Part shown: piece after piece, positions 21,601 to 36,600 of the stretch
How positions within the stretch are numbered: the first letter of the stretch is position 1
Layout: every line of letters starts with the position of its first letter
Source: Catajapyx aquilonaris
Taxonomy: Eukaryota
Length of the DNA stretch: 48,456 bases
Direction: 5' to 3'
NCBI GenBank assembly: GCA_000934665.2
Contig: KZ538773.1
Location: forward strand, 1-48,456
Translations under genes and position numbers: made by a program
Notes under the pieces: generated by a model
The model's database searches: none
Told to the model about the DNA's origin: nothing
Seen by the model: the letters and a program-made list of their open reading frames with translations, nothing else

Positions 21601-24600
21601 AGTGGACGGTTTTATTTAATAATCCATCACATTGTTACCTACAGTTCCTTGCAAGGATTTCACCAACTTTGCGATAAACAAACGCCCCTCTCAAAATTGG
21701 ATTATCATAGTTTGACTTTGGACTGCTGGTTTTTAATTAAGTCATAATGCAACGCCAATGTGTAACCATCCGATAAAAAAGCGATATGAATCATGTTTAA
21801 CTTCCTAGCCACACTGAGTCTATTAGCCAAAGGCAAACCCTTGGAAAAAAGTAATAAATTGGATCCCTTTTCATCTCTCACCCAGCGACGTCTAATTACG
21901 CCAGTCCTCAGCCCTATAATTCACACGCGTCTTTTTTGCGGTCGAAAAAACGCGTCAAATTGCCTACCACCTGAATTACGACACTTAACCAAACGTATGG
22001 TCCTAACTCCTAAAGACGCGGCTTATTTCCCTGGGAACAATAATCCAACATAAATATTTTCATTCATCATTCCAAAATGTAATTTTGCATACGCGCATCA
22101 AGCTTGAATTTTTATTAGTCCAACCATCATTTCTAGGATTTTTGAAGAAAAAAAATTTTATCCAGCCCCTGAAAGTCTGGTCGGATTTAGGCTATAATCC
22201 GGTGCCATCAGAGCCATTAATTTGCAGAGTTTTTTTCGCCCCCTAGTGTGCGCTCTTTAATGGAGGATATGGTCGTGCTGCTTACGTAAGTAACGGTCTG
22301 TGGGCGCATGAAATGGGTTTTTCATCTGGTAACCCTCTCGGTGCAACCATTTTTGTTTCATATGCCAAATTTTTTTTGGTAGCCGCGACGCGGTTAGTGT
22401 CGACGTCAACCAGTTTCGGTGCATGTTTCTAAATGTGAGATAAGTGCACTTAGTTGGGTTTTATCTGACTAATTTGGTTCTGAAACTGCTGCATTTATTA
22501 TCTGACTAGAAAATTAATCTTGCGGATGATCCATAATTCAGCGGATATAGGGCCATCCAGGTCTCGAGTTATGTCAAATACAAACAATACTGTGATACAA
22601 GCTGATGAAGTTATGCAAATTGCATCATGGCCAATGAAATGATGGGTTAGGTCAGCGCCACACTATGGATATGTGTAAAATGAGCGTGATTCACCTGTGT
22701 TCACATTATTGCGAGCGAATTCGCGACTTTTTAGCGTGAGCGAGAAGGCTATTGACGAATATGGTGCGCTAATTGGCTTCTCGTCACGCTCTGATTCTAC
22801 GACAATGATCACATCTTTTAATGTAAGCTAAAATATTAAATTTATTGATAATCACAATACATCCTACTAGAATTATTTAAAATACTGGTACTGCACAATT
22901 TATTTATATTTTTTAAACAAATTAATTGCAATTAGTCACGACCTTCACGCTTCATCGAAATGTCATCGACGCTCGTGACGACAGCTGTCACCGGAAATGA
23001 TGTAATTTATATTAAACTGCCTCGTATATCGTCGCAGCGAGTGGTGCTCAAATGTGAAACGTTGGATGCAGCTAATAGCATTAACCCTAAGTACACTCTG
23101 CGTAACTGTAGGTCCTTGTCAGTAGTTGTCACGGTGTTAGACCTTTCCTCCACACCTACCCCTCACCATGGTGTGATTACGAGGAGAAATTGCGGCACAA
23201 GTCGCCACGGAAAAGGCGTGGTTTTGTAAGGTGGAACTCAATCCGCTTTCAAACAGGAGAGTGGAAATTAGGTTTTCCTCCTGTTTTAATGGCCAGATCC
23301 CTCAGGATTTAAGGCCGTGGTAATTACTAGGGATGCTTGATTCTAGGCAGGGACGCTAGGTGGCAGCGGGATAGAAAATGGCGGAGGCCAGGTGGGAATT
23401 TAGGTATTGGAGTGAGGGTAATGAGGATTGGGGAGATGCACTCCAGGTTGGATTATTATTGCATGCTTCACCTCGCTTTCTGCATCCACNNNNNNNNNNN
23501 NNNGGGGGGGGGGGGGGGGCTTGAAAATTTTCTCAAGGTATATTGTGGAGGAATCCTTGTGAAATTGTGGAGATTAACCTTCAGCATTGGTTAGATTGTA
23601 AATATCAAAGAATAGGTAGGTGAATGAACAAAAAATGCATAGGATTGCACTGATTGTTGTAATTTATTACTATTGCACTTGGCTCATTTCTACATTACAG
23701 GATGCTGAAGAAATCTGAGTTTTTTGCTATATAGGATAGGGAATGGAAAATAGTTGAAATTCAGTGTGCCATTTGTTTCCTACAACTACGTTTCCTATTT
23801 AAAAATAAGCCTACATTTTTTGTTGACTCGTTACTTCACATGAGATTTCGTGCAATCCGAACGAATAACTCCACTGATATACACGAAGGTCATTCATGAT
23901 GCAAGTGTATCCGGTTAGCTAACTTTCAGGATGATGTGTGAGTTTTTCAAAGACGTGTGCACCTTGCTCAACTCCCTGTTCACATGACGATATTCATCCC
24001 TGATAATGCGTCACTCATGGCATTTATAAAATATGGGTATCATTTCCTACAGTATCTTTATTACCCTTGCATATACGTATGTGTGCACTGTACAAAAATA
24101 CTGTAACACCTACTGCACCATTCCCAGCACATTTCGGGCGATCCTCGTTTTGAATTCTAGCAAACATACATGGATACACGTTTCATTTGGCACGTAACCG
24201 GCACTACCGGCAATTTGTATAACCAGGAAAGTCATATCCGCATCCATCCTCTTCCTGCTTCTATTTTTGATCCTCTCTACTACACCTAAAAAAATCCAGA
24301 AGTGCCTATTACTTACCCCTCTTATCTCTCATTTAACTCCCCTTCCACCATGACCATTTATGTCACCTTCGCACCCTGGGTGTAAAGGATCAGTGGACAA
24401 AGCAAAGAGGGGACGCCACACGCGTGTCATTCATGACGCCATTTTGCAGGCAAATGGTGGTGCTGATGATCAGTCAGGCGTGGGTTCCCCGCATTTTCAG
24501 TCTGGGGATAATAGGCCTTTAGTAGCACTTTTATAGTGAAAGAGGATGGGGGGTGCAGGCAGGTGAGGGATTATTTTAGTGGGTTGTCAATGGATGACGC

Positions 24601-27600
24601 GAACAAGGTTAAATCGGGGGGATAAAGACTTTTGGAGGGCACGTCAGACCAGATTCGAAGGGTGATGGTGGTGTTTTTTGGGAGGATAATCGGAGTGAAA
24701 ATGAGCGGGTGTTGGTCGATTTCTGGCGCGAGTTTTTGGCGAGTTTTTTTTAGATGGAGCTTTGATGATGGAAGCTTCATATGGAAGTAACGAGGTTACG
24801 TGTATGAGGCGTACAGGCTTGTAGATGCTTTTTAATCATGCAGTTGTAATATCATTTGAGAGGGAATATGTAATTTCAGCATTCGTTAACGAAGATGATA
24901 ACGTATGTGGGAGGTTCATATAAAGAGGGAAATATAGTTTTGCAATAATAATATTTTCATTAAAACACTAAATACATCGATTTTTATTATTCATATGCAC
25001 ATCCACATTCTGCCCTGGGCACTATATTACAATGCAGTCCATGTTTTAAAATGATGACCAGGATATAACGGAAAATGTCAATATTTCACTTAACTTCCGT
25101 GACAGAGGGCAGAGCGGAACAGAATGCAAAACTCTCCATATGTGACAGCAGTAAACCATCTGGTGCTATTTTCAACCCTAGCATGCATTATAATTAGATG
25201 AAGCACTTTATAATTATTGATCATATTTTGATACGGTAGGGCACGTGTCGGATATATGCCAGTTGGTGGATAGACGCATTGACCAATTAAAAACACTTCA
25301 TATTTTTATCCCGCTAAGATCACAAGCGCGACTTTTAACCGCTGATTTTATCAGGAAAAAAAACCGTTGCAATGCTGACCAGTAGGGTTGGATATTGTAT
25401 CACTCTCCATGTGATAGGAGGTTCATTATCTAAGTAGGTGTCCTTGAATAGTGCAGTTATTCATCCGGAATAATGACTAGTAGGCTATTAAAAATTGATT
25501 GCTGAACTTGTTAGCAAATGATCTACGGTCCCTGAAGAACTGTTATTTGTACAGCTCATACTGTGTAGAAATTTCCTTGCTTACACTATAGTCCCTCATT
25601 TCTGAAACACACGGTGCCAAAATTTGCCAATTGACGCAATTATTTCAAGTAAAACTAGTTATTTTATTTTGAAAACAAATATCACAGGGAAGACTTCCAA
25701 TATCAACAATGTTACAAAACAAGAGGGCTTGAAAACAATACTATCAGCTTCAAAGTCGATCCCTAACACGCCTTGTCAGTTGATATCATCAGGTATTTGA
25801 ATCATCTTAGCGATAATAGGCTCTTGATGTGAGTCATTATTATCTCGAGGAGCTCCATGAGAATGAAAAATGTAGTGGCAAATTCTCCCTGATAAAACCA
25901 GTAATTAATGTTGACAGAGAAGGGCCGACAGGCACATAGTAGGTGCAACCTGCAGGGCTCAGCTTACCCCTAGCAGCCCAGTAATTACACCCGCTGAAAA
26001 CTTAGATTCACCAGTCTACCCCCATGATTTATCACCGCCATGACAGACCCTTTTATATCCAGCGCCACCCTGCGTCAAAGCCGGTTATTGTGACATTCAA
26101 AAACTCGCGGCCCGGATATATCCAATAGAAAATTGATGGCTTCAGCTCCGGTCTAAAGCCTGGACTCTAACCTGCTGGACCCAAAAATAGAAAATTTATA
26201 GTCACCTCTAGTGTGAAGATAGAGCGTTAAAATTCCTGGAATTCTTGGAATAACTAAAGGAGATAGAAAGTCCAGGGCTTAAAATGTGTGGGTTGCAGGT
26301 CTCTTTTTTTTTGTTCTTTCGTCTGTGCGAACATGGGAAAGGCGGTTTTTCGCTTCATTTATTGCGGGAACTGATGGGAAATCGATGCGGTTGGAGAGTC
26401 GTCGGTTTTTGAAGTTGGCGCGGGTCACTGGGGCCAATTTTGGCGGGAGAAGGACAAAGGAAGAGTCGCCATGATAATGCCGAAGTCGAATCGAAATTGA
26501 TTTAATCACATGCTGTGCTTGTCAAGTATAGCCGATATTAGGCCATGTATCATCCAGGGAGATATTAATATAAGAAATAGTTATCATGTAACTTTTTAAG
26601 GATATGTGATTTTGATTTTTCATATACATTCCTCGTACTTGTTCATAACCAATCTTTTGGAAACAATTGGCAGGAATTGCCGGCTTCAGATGAAACATGC
26701 TGCTGTAATCAAGGGTACGTCGTATCCCAGGCACGCGGTATTGCGAAATACCAGTGTATACCATATGCTGGTCGGTTAAGCATTGCTTGGATGCCAATAT
26801 GCACACGCTCGGAAAATATGAAAATAACGAGCAAGACATACTGTACAAGGCATAGAATTGCTGCGATAGTATCCTACAATATCTTGTGCGAAAGAAAGTA
26901 ACCACTTGTTCACGCAATGTAATTTGCTACTAAATTAAGATTGAACTTTCCACCTTCAGATAACGATCCCAAGTAGAACGTGGCCTTCAGCAGATATAGA
27001 ACCCGGTTTGAAAAACCTGATAATTTGCGAATCAGGTTGAAGGTTGTAGTACGTACCACGAACGGTACTCGGGTAACAGGAAAAGATCATACTCTGCGTC
27101 TGATGCATCCAAGGTTACTTTTTTTTTAAATGCAATTTCTGTACTCGACTTTGAGCTTATATAGAACCTGTAGCTACTTTGCAGAAACTTTACATCTTCA
27201 GAAATCAAATATTCCAACCGGAAAAGTAGATTGCCGTTAGAATATTTCTCGCCTCCCACAGTTTCCTACATTTAGTCAAAACTTCTTTCCAAGTGGTTCA
27301 CTCCAGCATTTCAAACACGCTCCGGATAAAAAACCATCCCCGGATTCTCCCAGCAAACTTGAGACTTCTGACGTCATCTAGCTCTGAATTTCCTCAAGTG
27401 GAACTTTCAAAAAAAAAAAAAATCGCCAATTTCATCAGACGATGACACTTTTGCCGAACATGGATCGATCCAAGTAACTCCGCCTCGACTTTGATACTTC
27501 CACTTTCAAAGATTTCCTCCTCCCCAATTTAGGTAATTCTTCCCACCCCCTCCTTACCCTAGGATGGTGCCTAATAGCTTGATTGATTAGGGTTTTCTTT

Positions 27601-30600
27601 ATAGGGAACATGCAATAATGGCGTGTCCCAGCCATTTATTTTTGACCTCGCAATAGCGTGACCTCTTGTAATACATTCACCTTCAGTAATGGTCTATTGG
27701 ACTGTGTATTTTTAGACATGTAATTACGGCCACAGGTGAAGACAGTATAGAGGTTCAGGGAAGCGCGAATAAGGATGAGGATAAGGAAGCGTGTTTGCAT
27801 TTCATTTTGCAAGGTTTGCTCGAAATAATTGGGAATGGCGCCAGGAAGTATAACATATTTTATTGTTGACGTTTATGACATCGACATGTCGTAAACGGTT
27901 GGCAAACAATGGCTCGATATAAATTTTTTTAAAAAAGCATGTCGATGATCGTTAAAATTAACGGTCGGTTGGATATTATTTAATGATGATCTCCGGTCGT
28001 TAATATTCCGTAGTTTATTAATTGACGTAAATGTCATTTGCCGTTAGAATATTATCACTGATATTTAATGAGATCGACAGCGTCCATACGCAGCAAACTG
28101 TACAGTATTTTATCACGAACAATGTAATATTTTTTACAACGGTAGCAAGGCGTGCTTCATATTAATTTGTAATAACATTGGCTCCATGTAATTCTGAAAT
28201 TAAGCTGCCAATATGGGGGTTCATTTGGTACATAGAGCGCGAACATAACCATAGGTAAATATTTTGTTTGCGGCAAATATTAATTGCAGCGTCAAATGTT
28301 GCTCGCTTCACTTAATTCAGACCTGCTTTAGCTATTCATCATCGCGTAATATGCGTTAAAGTCGCATCCTGGAAAGTAACCATACAGTACAATGAAATGC
28401 CTGAAATGATTTACTATTACTTTGTTGTTCTGTGGGTACCTCGAACAATAATTCCGCTCTATTTCACGGGCATAGCATAGCACCAAACATTAAATGAACG
28501 TAACTTCCATTGTACTTCAATTACAAAATGGAACGATTGGAAGAAAAAAATTATCGTTATTATCATAATTGGCAATCACACCATTACAACTACCGGTACT
28601 CCACAGTGTTTTCCTTCGCATTGTCTTCGTGGTCTAATTCAAAAGCAAGGCGAACCCTTACGTGTGCATAGTTCCAACCTTTCCCTTCTGTTTATTTATT
28701 TATACATCCATTCTGGGTGTAATCTTTGGCAGGCTAGATTGCATTATTGTGCAACCCTTTCCCCGAGAGAAGCCCGGTGCCTCGATGGGAATTCCGCAAC
28801 AATGGGGAATCCTGTATGGCTGCTACATGGGTGCCTCGACCGTACTCTGAGAGGATTAAAGGAGCACGGAATTGGAATTAATCCGGATTAATCCTCAAAG
28901 TTTAACTAAGAGCTGGCCGATTGGTACGCCTTCCTAATGCGGTAAAAGTTTTAGTCGAGGGTTGGCTTCATTAGGAATGCGTTTTATCTTGCGCTTACAA
29001 ATAGGTTCTATACCTTATCTTAACTGCAGGATGTACTGTACCATACTGTGACCTACGTCGCTTATCATATTTTCTCAGCCTATCAGTAAAAATAGTATGA
29101 ATCATGTACAAGTTCTTAGACAATGTGGATGACCGTTGTTCTCTCATATTTGGCCAACTGGTTAGTGATTCGAAGGTCGGTGGATCAAATCCACTCTGGT
29201 GGTAATATTTATTTAATAATTTTGCGGGCCGGTAGAGGGGTGGGGGCGATAACGGGGGAAGGAGTGTGGGACAAACCGACAATCTTCTCCTTATATATAA
29301 CATTAATAATTATTGGCGACGGCGATGTAAATTCTGCTCTTCAAAGGTCCCGCTCTCCAGTAAATGACCACCACAGCAAAATGTCACCCTGATATTTTGT
29401 ACGGAACCATTTACGTCACCCAGTTCGGCTAAATGACAGCCCCTGTCAATTTCTAAAAAAAACAACACTCTAATCCAAAGTGGAAAAAAAACTCACTCTT
29501 TCCAACCACTTCCCATCCATCAAGCACTCAATGTGGCAACGTCGAATTCAGTTCCCAGGTAAGAGTGGTTGTGAGGGGAGACCGTGTGGGGTGGTTGGTA
29601 GTAGGAGGGAGTAGGGGAGGTTAGAAGGGGGGCACAGGTAGGAAGTCCCGCATTTGATAGGTGAGTTTCAGGCAGGTAACCTACTCGCTTGGCTGCCTCT
29701 CACCCTTTCGTTTTAAACCTTTGTATATAAAAAACTATTATAATAGCAAACTCCCCCCCCCCCTATAGTAGCAATAGTGCAAAAGTGGGTGTGCGATATT
29801 CTAGTGGACAAAAGTTGGGCAGGTGGATGACCAACTTGTAGGACCGGACAGGTAAGGTGTACACACTTGATCAGTTTTTAGTATATGCAATAGTGTTTTT
29901 TTTTGTGTGTGTGGAATGTACTGCAGTGTAAGTTTTGCGATATTTCGAAACGGCGTCAAGGCCATAGCGTGTTAGAAAACCTTTCCGTGTGCTGAACTAG
30001 CTTGTAAACTACCCTCCTGTGCGATTACTACTTGCAGGTTTATTACTAGAGGACGTTACTAAGAAAAAAATAGGCAAGCTAAGGGTGACGTCCCAGTTTT
30101 TATATACACTGTAAAAAGTCCAATAAAGGAAAAGTGTATTCAGTTACATAATTTGTTGATAAAACCTGAAATTTTAAAGCCAGTTTCGTTCTGAATATAC
30201 CCAAAAAGTGGGCCTGAACCAATATACCAGCCAGATCGCAATAAATCGCCCAAATGTATATCCAGCTGTCACCTAAAAATGTCAAAAATTTTGATATAGA
30301 TCTAAGGTTGCTCTTCAGCTACATTATTGAGACCGTTTTTCCGGCTAAAACCTGATGCTTACGCCACTTGGGGGTCAAGCACCATCCATTCATTAATCAT
30401 CCCCACATGCCTCTTGATTCAAATCTAACAGTGCGGAATGAAAAGCCACCAGATGCCACTCTTACTTCAATATGGCAGCCCATGCTTGACCCTTCAATAT
30501 AAAAAAAAATTGTGTTTACACACTTCTACGCCTTTTAGCATGATTAATCCCTTTAGGGACATACGCCTATAGGGATCACTCGCTAACAAAAAATAGGTTG

Positions 30601-32039
30601 GACTCTATGGGGAAATAGAAATAATTGCTAGCTTGACTGCAAATTGAAATTATTCGGAGATCTACTTTACGAGCACGTTTTTTTTAGAGAGATGGACTGT
30701 GAATTTGCTGTAACGACATTACACCTGGGGACAGCTGAGCTAGGACTATGTAATTTAGTTGGTAGTTCTAGGAGTCGTGGTCATACTTTTTTTCAATTTC
30801 AAGTTAGTGGTGCTTCGAATGCTGTATCAGTGGAAATGTTTATTACCTGGAAGTGACGTGAATGGGTGTGGATATACCTACGGAATGCGTGGGAGAGGCT
30901 CAAAATTGCCTACTTAGGGTGTAACCTGGTAGCTAGAACCGGTAATATTTGATACCCATCATTTTTTTTTTTAAAGTAATGGGAGCGTACATTGTTGACT
31001 GATTGTGAGTGAACATTTTTCTGTTCTGTACAAATGAAAACTGCGGCAAACAACTGTAGCCTGTCGAATATTTGTATGCCCGATGGCAGTTGGAAGTAAT
31101 ATTTGTCCTTCTCCGAAAATCCGGAACGAAAAAAAAAGCGGTTCATCTTGGAGAACGGATGTGAAAATAACCTGAAGATATTTGCTCTCCTTTTGAAGAA
31201 TTCACATTCCCGGAGGCCCCTCCAGATTTTTAGTAGGTACCGGAGTATACTGAAGAAAAGAAAAAGAAGGGTCTATTGTTGTCTACCAGTTTCCGGTTTT
31301 GAGAACTGGTCTCCCCCATTCTCGTCATACCTTATGCTCTTTCCTTTTCTCTCAGGATTTTACCATCTGCCTCGAAAGAACCCCTCACACCTGTCCCCTT
31401 TTCGCGAAAATTTTCTACCGGACATTTTCTGAGTCAGAGGTTAAGAAGGCGGTTATGGGAAAAACCTCAGACACGTTAGGGGCAGCGTGGAAATTGAGAC
31501 TGACAGATCTTTTGTAATGTGACAGCCTCCCTACCCAAAATACGGGTCCCCACAAGATCTTTGGACCCACCCTTCTTTTTGATCAAAGAAATTTTTTGGG
31601 AGGGAAGGGGTGGGTTTGATATGGAGATGGGTTACATAGTAGTAGCTGTTTTTTTGGGGGGGTTCCTTTTATTTCGGGTGGATGTTTGGTGAAACTGGGT
31701 CTTGAGAATGGCCAGTTGGTTGCTTTTGATCTGGTTGCGTTTTTTGGACTGCTCAGTTTGGTGGCACTAACACGCACCGATGTGTGCGTTTGTGTCAGTC
31801 ATTGGATGATGATTCAATGAGTGAATAGGTTGAACTAAACGGTTTTGTCTAGTGATAAGCTGGGTAGATTTTTAGTGGGTTAGTGGAGTCTGTAACTGGA
31901 CCTTTAGGCTATTCAATTAAGCGGGAACTGTTACTACTGTAGGATGGAGTGGGCTCAAGTCATGTGTGGATAAGCCTGTGAAACCAATCAGCAGAAGGTG
32001 TGTCTAATCAGCATAACACTGGTAAAGTACATTTATGCC

Positions 32040-32087
32040 CACATATCTTAATTTGACAGCGGTTGCTCACATATCTTAATTTGACAG
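32040..32087. repeat. Short direct duplication (CACATATCTTAATTTGACAG x2, 28-bp period)
   Basis: Direct reading. Confidence 0.85.
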
Positions 32088-33576
32088 TAGTTTTTTAAAA
32101 AATCCTCAATACAGTCAAACTGTGTGCCAGTATTAAAATAGACAAATATTACAGCAATTGAAGTGAAAATGTAGAAAAATTAATTCTACAGTACATTTTG
32201 AGGATTGGTTTACATTAGCTTAAAATAGTGTGCATATATACGATATTGATTAAACGGTTCTAAACGTGCGCAAATTTAGAGGAACTTCATTGATCGAGCA
32301 TCCACATGATTAAAGTGCTAATTTATTGTAGGATAGGGGCTCGAAACGTGTTGATTGCGTGAGAATAACACTGTAAAAGAGAATTAACCGTAATTATCGC
32401 CATTAATTGATTATAGGCCTAATTCCATCAGTAAAGTGCTGTTAAATTGGTTCCTACAACGAGTGTTTATTCATTTTCAACAGAGCCAGCGATTACAATA
32501 ATCAAGATTTGAGTGGAATTTATTGCGGTTGTTTTGACAAAAACATTTTCTCCCATACAGTTAATGAAGTACTTAAATACTGTAATTAAAAATAAGCCTG
32601 CATATAGGTGTGGATGTTTTTCATTTTGTTTAGGCCACTCCTTGTGATTATTATTTTTCAATGAGCACTGTAACTTGGTTGAATCATAGTGCAAATTGCA
32701 TACACACCTTGTCGACTCACGTCAACTTTGTGAATGACTATTCACATCCAAAGGTACAAGTCATTACAATGACGCAACATATTCTTATTGAGGCCACTCA
32801 CACATCCACAATGTCAACCAGTCGAGCGAGTCAATCCGAAATAAGGCGTGAATCAACGTTGACCGTAAGATTCCAGTTTAGCCTGGCCGCGTCACCTGGT
32901 CAAGTGACGTCATCGTTGACCCGGAAACCCATACTGGCAAAGGAGGCACACACACACTTAAAAAAAAAAAAAAAAGATATGGCGGGAATGCACACTCATA
33001 AATCCTACTTGGCTCAATTCCGGGTTGGAGAAGAAGAAACGAGGTGTTTGCCCTTCAGGCCTGCCTCTTTGCTTCTTCGACCTCGATATTAGAAGAAGGC
33101 TGCCTCGAGTTGCATAATCCTCGAGACCCACTTTAGCTGTGGCATATCGGGTCAGGCTTCCAAAATAATTAATGCCTGCAGTAATATTTCTGAGTTTACT
33201 GTAAAGGAAGAAGCTTCCAACTTTTTTTTCTTCTTCTTCTTTTCTTAAGACTTCCTTCCAGCTTGAATTTATGGCCTGTTCCGGAGAAAATTCCGGGGCC
33301 TTCCCAGCAGCCGCGGCTTCCTAACCGGAAGCGGTTGTTTGTTTTTTGTATGGTCATAGAAGGGATGTTGCGCCCAAAATATTTTAAGAGAAGGAGGGGT
33401 ATGCCATGGGAGTGGTTTCTGGTGTCTTCAGCTGCTTTCGTTCCATTACAACACAATTGAATACGAGGTAGTAGTGTTGCTCTTTGGTTTAGGAATTTGT
33501 TGTAACCACACAGTTGATGTATAGGGTGACATCAATTTTCCTGCCTGCCATGAATTATTTTGAATTTTTTTAAATG

Positions 33577-33630
33577 AGCTGTGACGCTCCTCACTAGATG
33601 GCATGCCATCTAGTGAGGAGCGTCACAGCT
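33577..33630. repeat. Perfect 54-bp palindrome without spacer
   Basis: agctgtgacgctcctcactagatggca|tgccatctagtgaggagcgtcacagct, 27/27 match. Confidence 0.97.
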
Positions 33631-36600
33631 GCATTTTGTAGAGTCGTGAAACGGCCTAGCTGCACACATGCACATCCTGGTTCAAAATGGCAAATATTCC
33701 CTCAGCCAACGTTTATTTCTTCCATTCCGTGGGATTGCAAAATTTTACACAGTCATATGACCCATTCGGCTAGTATTTGCATTCCAAAATGATGGCTTCC
33801 TCCGCTTCTGATAGAAAATGTCGCCTATGTTTCTTTTATTTTCACTATCCTCCCCAGTTTGGAATATGCCATGTAAAATTTGCAAACTGGAAGCCCCCCC
33901 ACGTTTTTAGAGGGCACTTGAATGCAAACGGCTGGATTGTAAGCAATTTGAACCGATCAGAGAATGGCGACTGGCATTTTCCCCTCCTTTCCTCACAGAA
34001 CACCGGAATTGGCTCTTTGGCCGAATTTATTTCAGGGGTATACAGCGAGGGGGTTTGTTGTAACGGCTTCAAAGTTCTTGCATTAACGAAGTCATTAGCC
34101 GCGTTCCGCAAAAGACTGCGTCGTGGAATAGGGAGGATCGTGTTTCCTTTTTGGAGCAATGGAAGGGAAGAGCAGAAAGCGAACCCCCCCCCCCCCCCTA
34201 TTGAAACACTAAGATTGCAAATAGGACTGGGAGATATTTACTGATGGAAATAATTGGATGGCATTAAGCTTGAAATGCGCGGCTTGATTACGTGATTGTA
34301 ATCGAATTTTGCGTTTTTTTTGGAAGCGGGAAGTCGAAGGCGTGTTGTTTGTTCAAAATGTGTAATTACATGAGATTACAAACACGACTCTCAGAGTGTA
34401 AAATTAGACCAAGTTGATGTATAATGACAGAGGCAAAGACGTTAATTTGTTCAGTCATTTTGTATAATTAAGATATTGGAGCCACCGAATTCATTTTCAG
34501 TCCACGTGGTTTTGATGACCCAATCTCGAGCAGCTTCAGTACGATTTTACGGTGTAGCACCATCGGGTGATTATCGTTGCGTAATCTCGGTTCCCGAGCA
34601 TCGATTTTAATGATGTTTGCACCACCAGCTCCCGCACTAAAGCCTCACTCGATTACTCGCAAAAATTTTATTTACACATACGAAATATGCATCCATATTA
34701 AAGTGCGAACTTGTGTGATTCTACGTCTTCGATTACTCATATGTTTCACCTGGCTTATTCTGATATGATCTTGGGTTCAATTAAAGCGTCTGCACGCAAA
34801 CCTATGTTATACATATTGATTCAAACACTAACCAACCAGAAGTCTACAATCAAGGCTATGGAACCTTCTTTCACAACCCATGAATATTTTTCCTCCGGAT
34901 TTTCCGTCTTGAAGGATGTTCCCAGCGAAAATGGTTGGCAGTGAAATGTGAGGTTTATGTATAGAAAAACCTGAACTCTCTCTCTCTCTCTCTAGTAACC
35001 CTTAGAGAACACCGGAAAAAATAGAGGAAAAGAAATATTCCGGGAGATACTGCATCTGGAGCTATGACGCAGGATTTGAGGGGGGGGGGGCGGGAAAAGG
35101 ACAAAGGGGGTTATGCCATGGGGTCGTAAGGGGGCTAGTAATGATCAAGAGCTGCTCTTCATTTCGTATGCTTGGTACAGCCTTGCGGGGGCTTTCGAAG
35201 AGTGGGCCATATTTGAGGTGATTCGATTATTTGGGAGGAGGAGTTGGGAAATTTGATATTGGATAGGAATAATTTTTTTTGAGAGAGGGGGCGAAGCGGG
35301 GCGAAGGCTTTTATGAGGATGGTTAACGCCAGTACAAGAGTATGAACGGTCAATTTTTTTTTGGCAATTTTAAATAGCCTAAATATTTTCAGCAAGTTTA
35401 CAGTGAAAAATAATGCAAGTTTATGCAGAAATATTTGGCGCAAATGGCACGTGCAAAAACTCTGGGAAATAAACGTTTAAAAATTTGCAAATTTTCGTTG
35501 CATTCCGATGTTAAAAATTCTAGTGAGACTTTCCCACAACATGGTTTTGTTTCCATAACGGACGTAGGAATTTAATTTCCATTCCAGCCTTTTGTTTGAT
35601 AGTATGCCTATGCAGATGTCAATCATAGCACAGCGGAGGGACCCTGAATAAAGAGCTCGCGTTAGAATTAATTCTATGGGATGTGGTTAAAAAAAAATCG
35701 CTGCTGGGATTTGCGGTTTCACCTAGTGTGAAATGCGCCTTTGATCTGAAATAATATCGGTTACGGCATGTAAATATTCTGGGAGAATATTCCAAAACTG
35801 CGTGTTTGACAACCTTACTGAAACGCTGTTAGCGAGCAATTTGTATGCGTCAATGATCTTATTGTGACATATTTGCATTGATAACAACTAGAACGTAAAT
35901 AATTAGGACTCCACGTATTGTTAGTAACATACGTCACATGCTACACAGCCTTGTGCATTGTACGGGCTGATTATTCAGATAAGCGATCAGTCATGTATTG
36001 CTATACATAAGGGTGTGTGATCTGAAATATTTTCAGTTGATCACTCGTGATTTAAAAAAAAAATTTAAGCTGTTTTACAAAATTATTTTAACTTATATGC
36101 TGGTATACACGTATATCTAACGTACACGGACGAGATTCCGTCACGGTGGCCAAACACCGTGTATATGCAATGCTGTTGGGGGCCAACCCCCGATTACCTG
36201 GTAATAAGAGCTGATGATGCGATTATGAGAATGTCGAAAAGAGGTTCCCGAGTCGACACTGAAGGGACGTACGTGATCCGACTTTGATGGAGTACTCTAG
36301 TTCCCTCAAAAAGGACGAAGAAAAAAAAACTGGCTTTGACATCACTTTTCCTTCACTTTTCTACTCAACTCTTGCTGACCTGTCAGAAAAATCCGCAGCC
36401 AAGGATATGCCCATTTTGCTACGCCCAAGTGTAACTTCCTCCGGAAAAGTCAACAAGAATATAGCACATAGCTTCTAATCTTTCGAGAGCATCAACAATT
36501 TTCCCCTATGAAGTCAAAAAGGAGAAAGATGGGTGGGTGAAAGTGAAGTGAAATTTTTTCGGCGTGTGTTACTACTTCGTCGAGCGCGATGCACAGCGGT

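Noticed and set aside
23490..23519. N run next to poly-G (similar N beside C runs at 17169, 41464, 44674)
   Set aside because: Sequencing or assembly uncertainty at homopolymers; lengths unreliable
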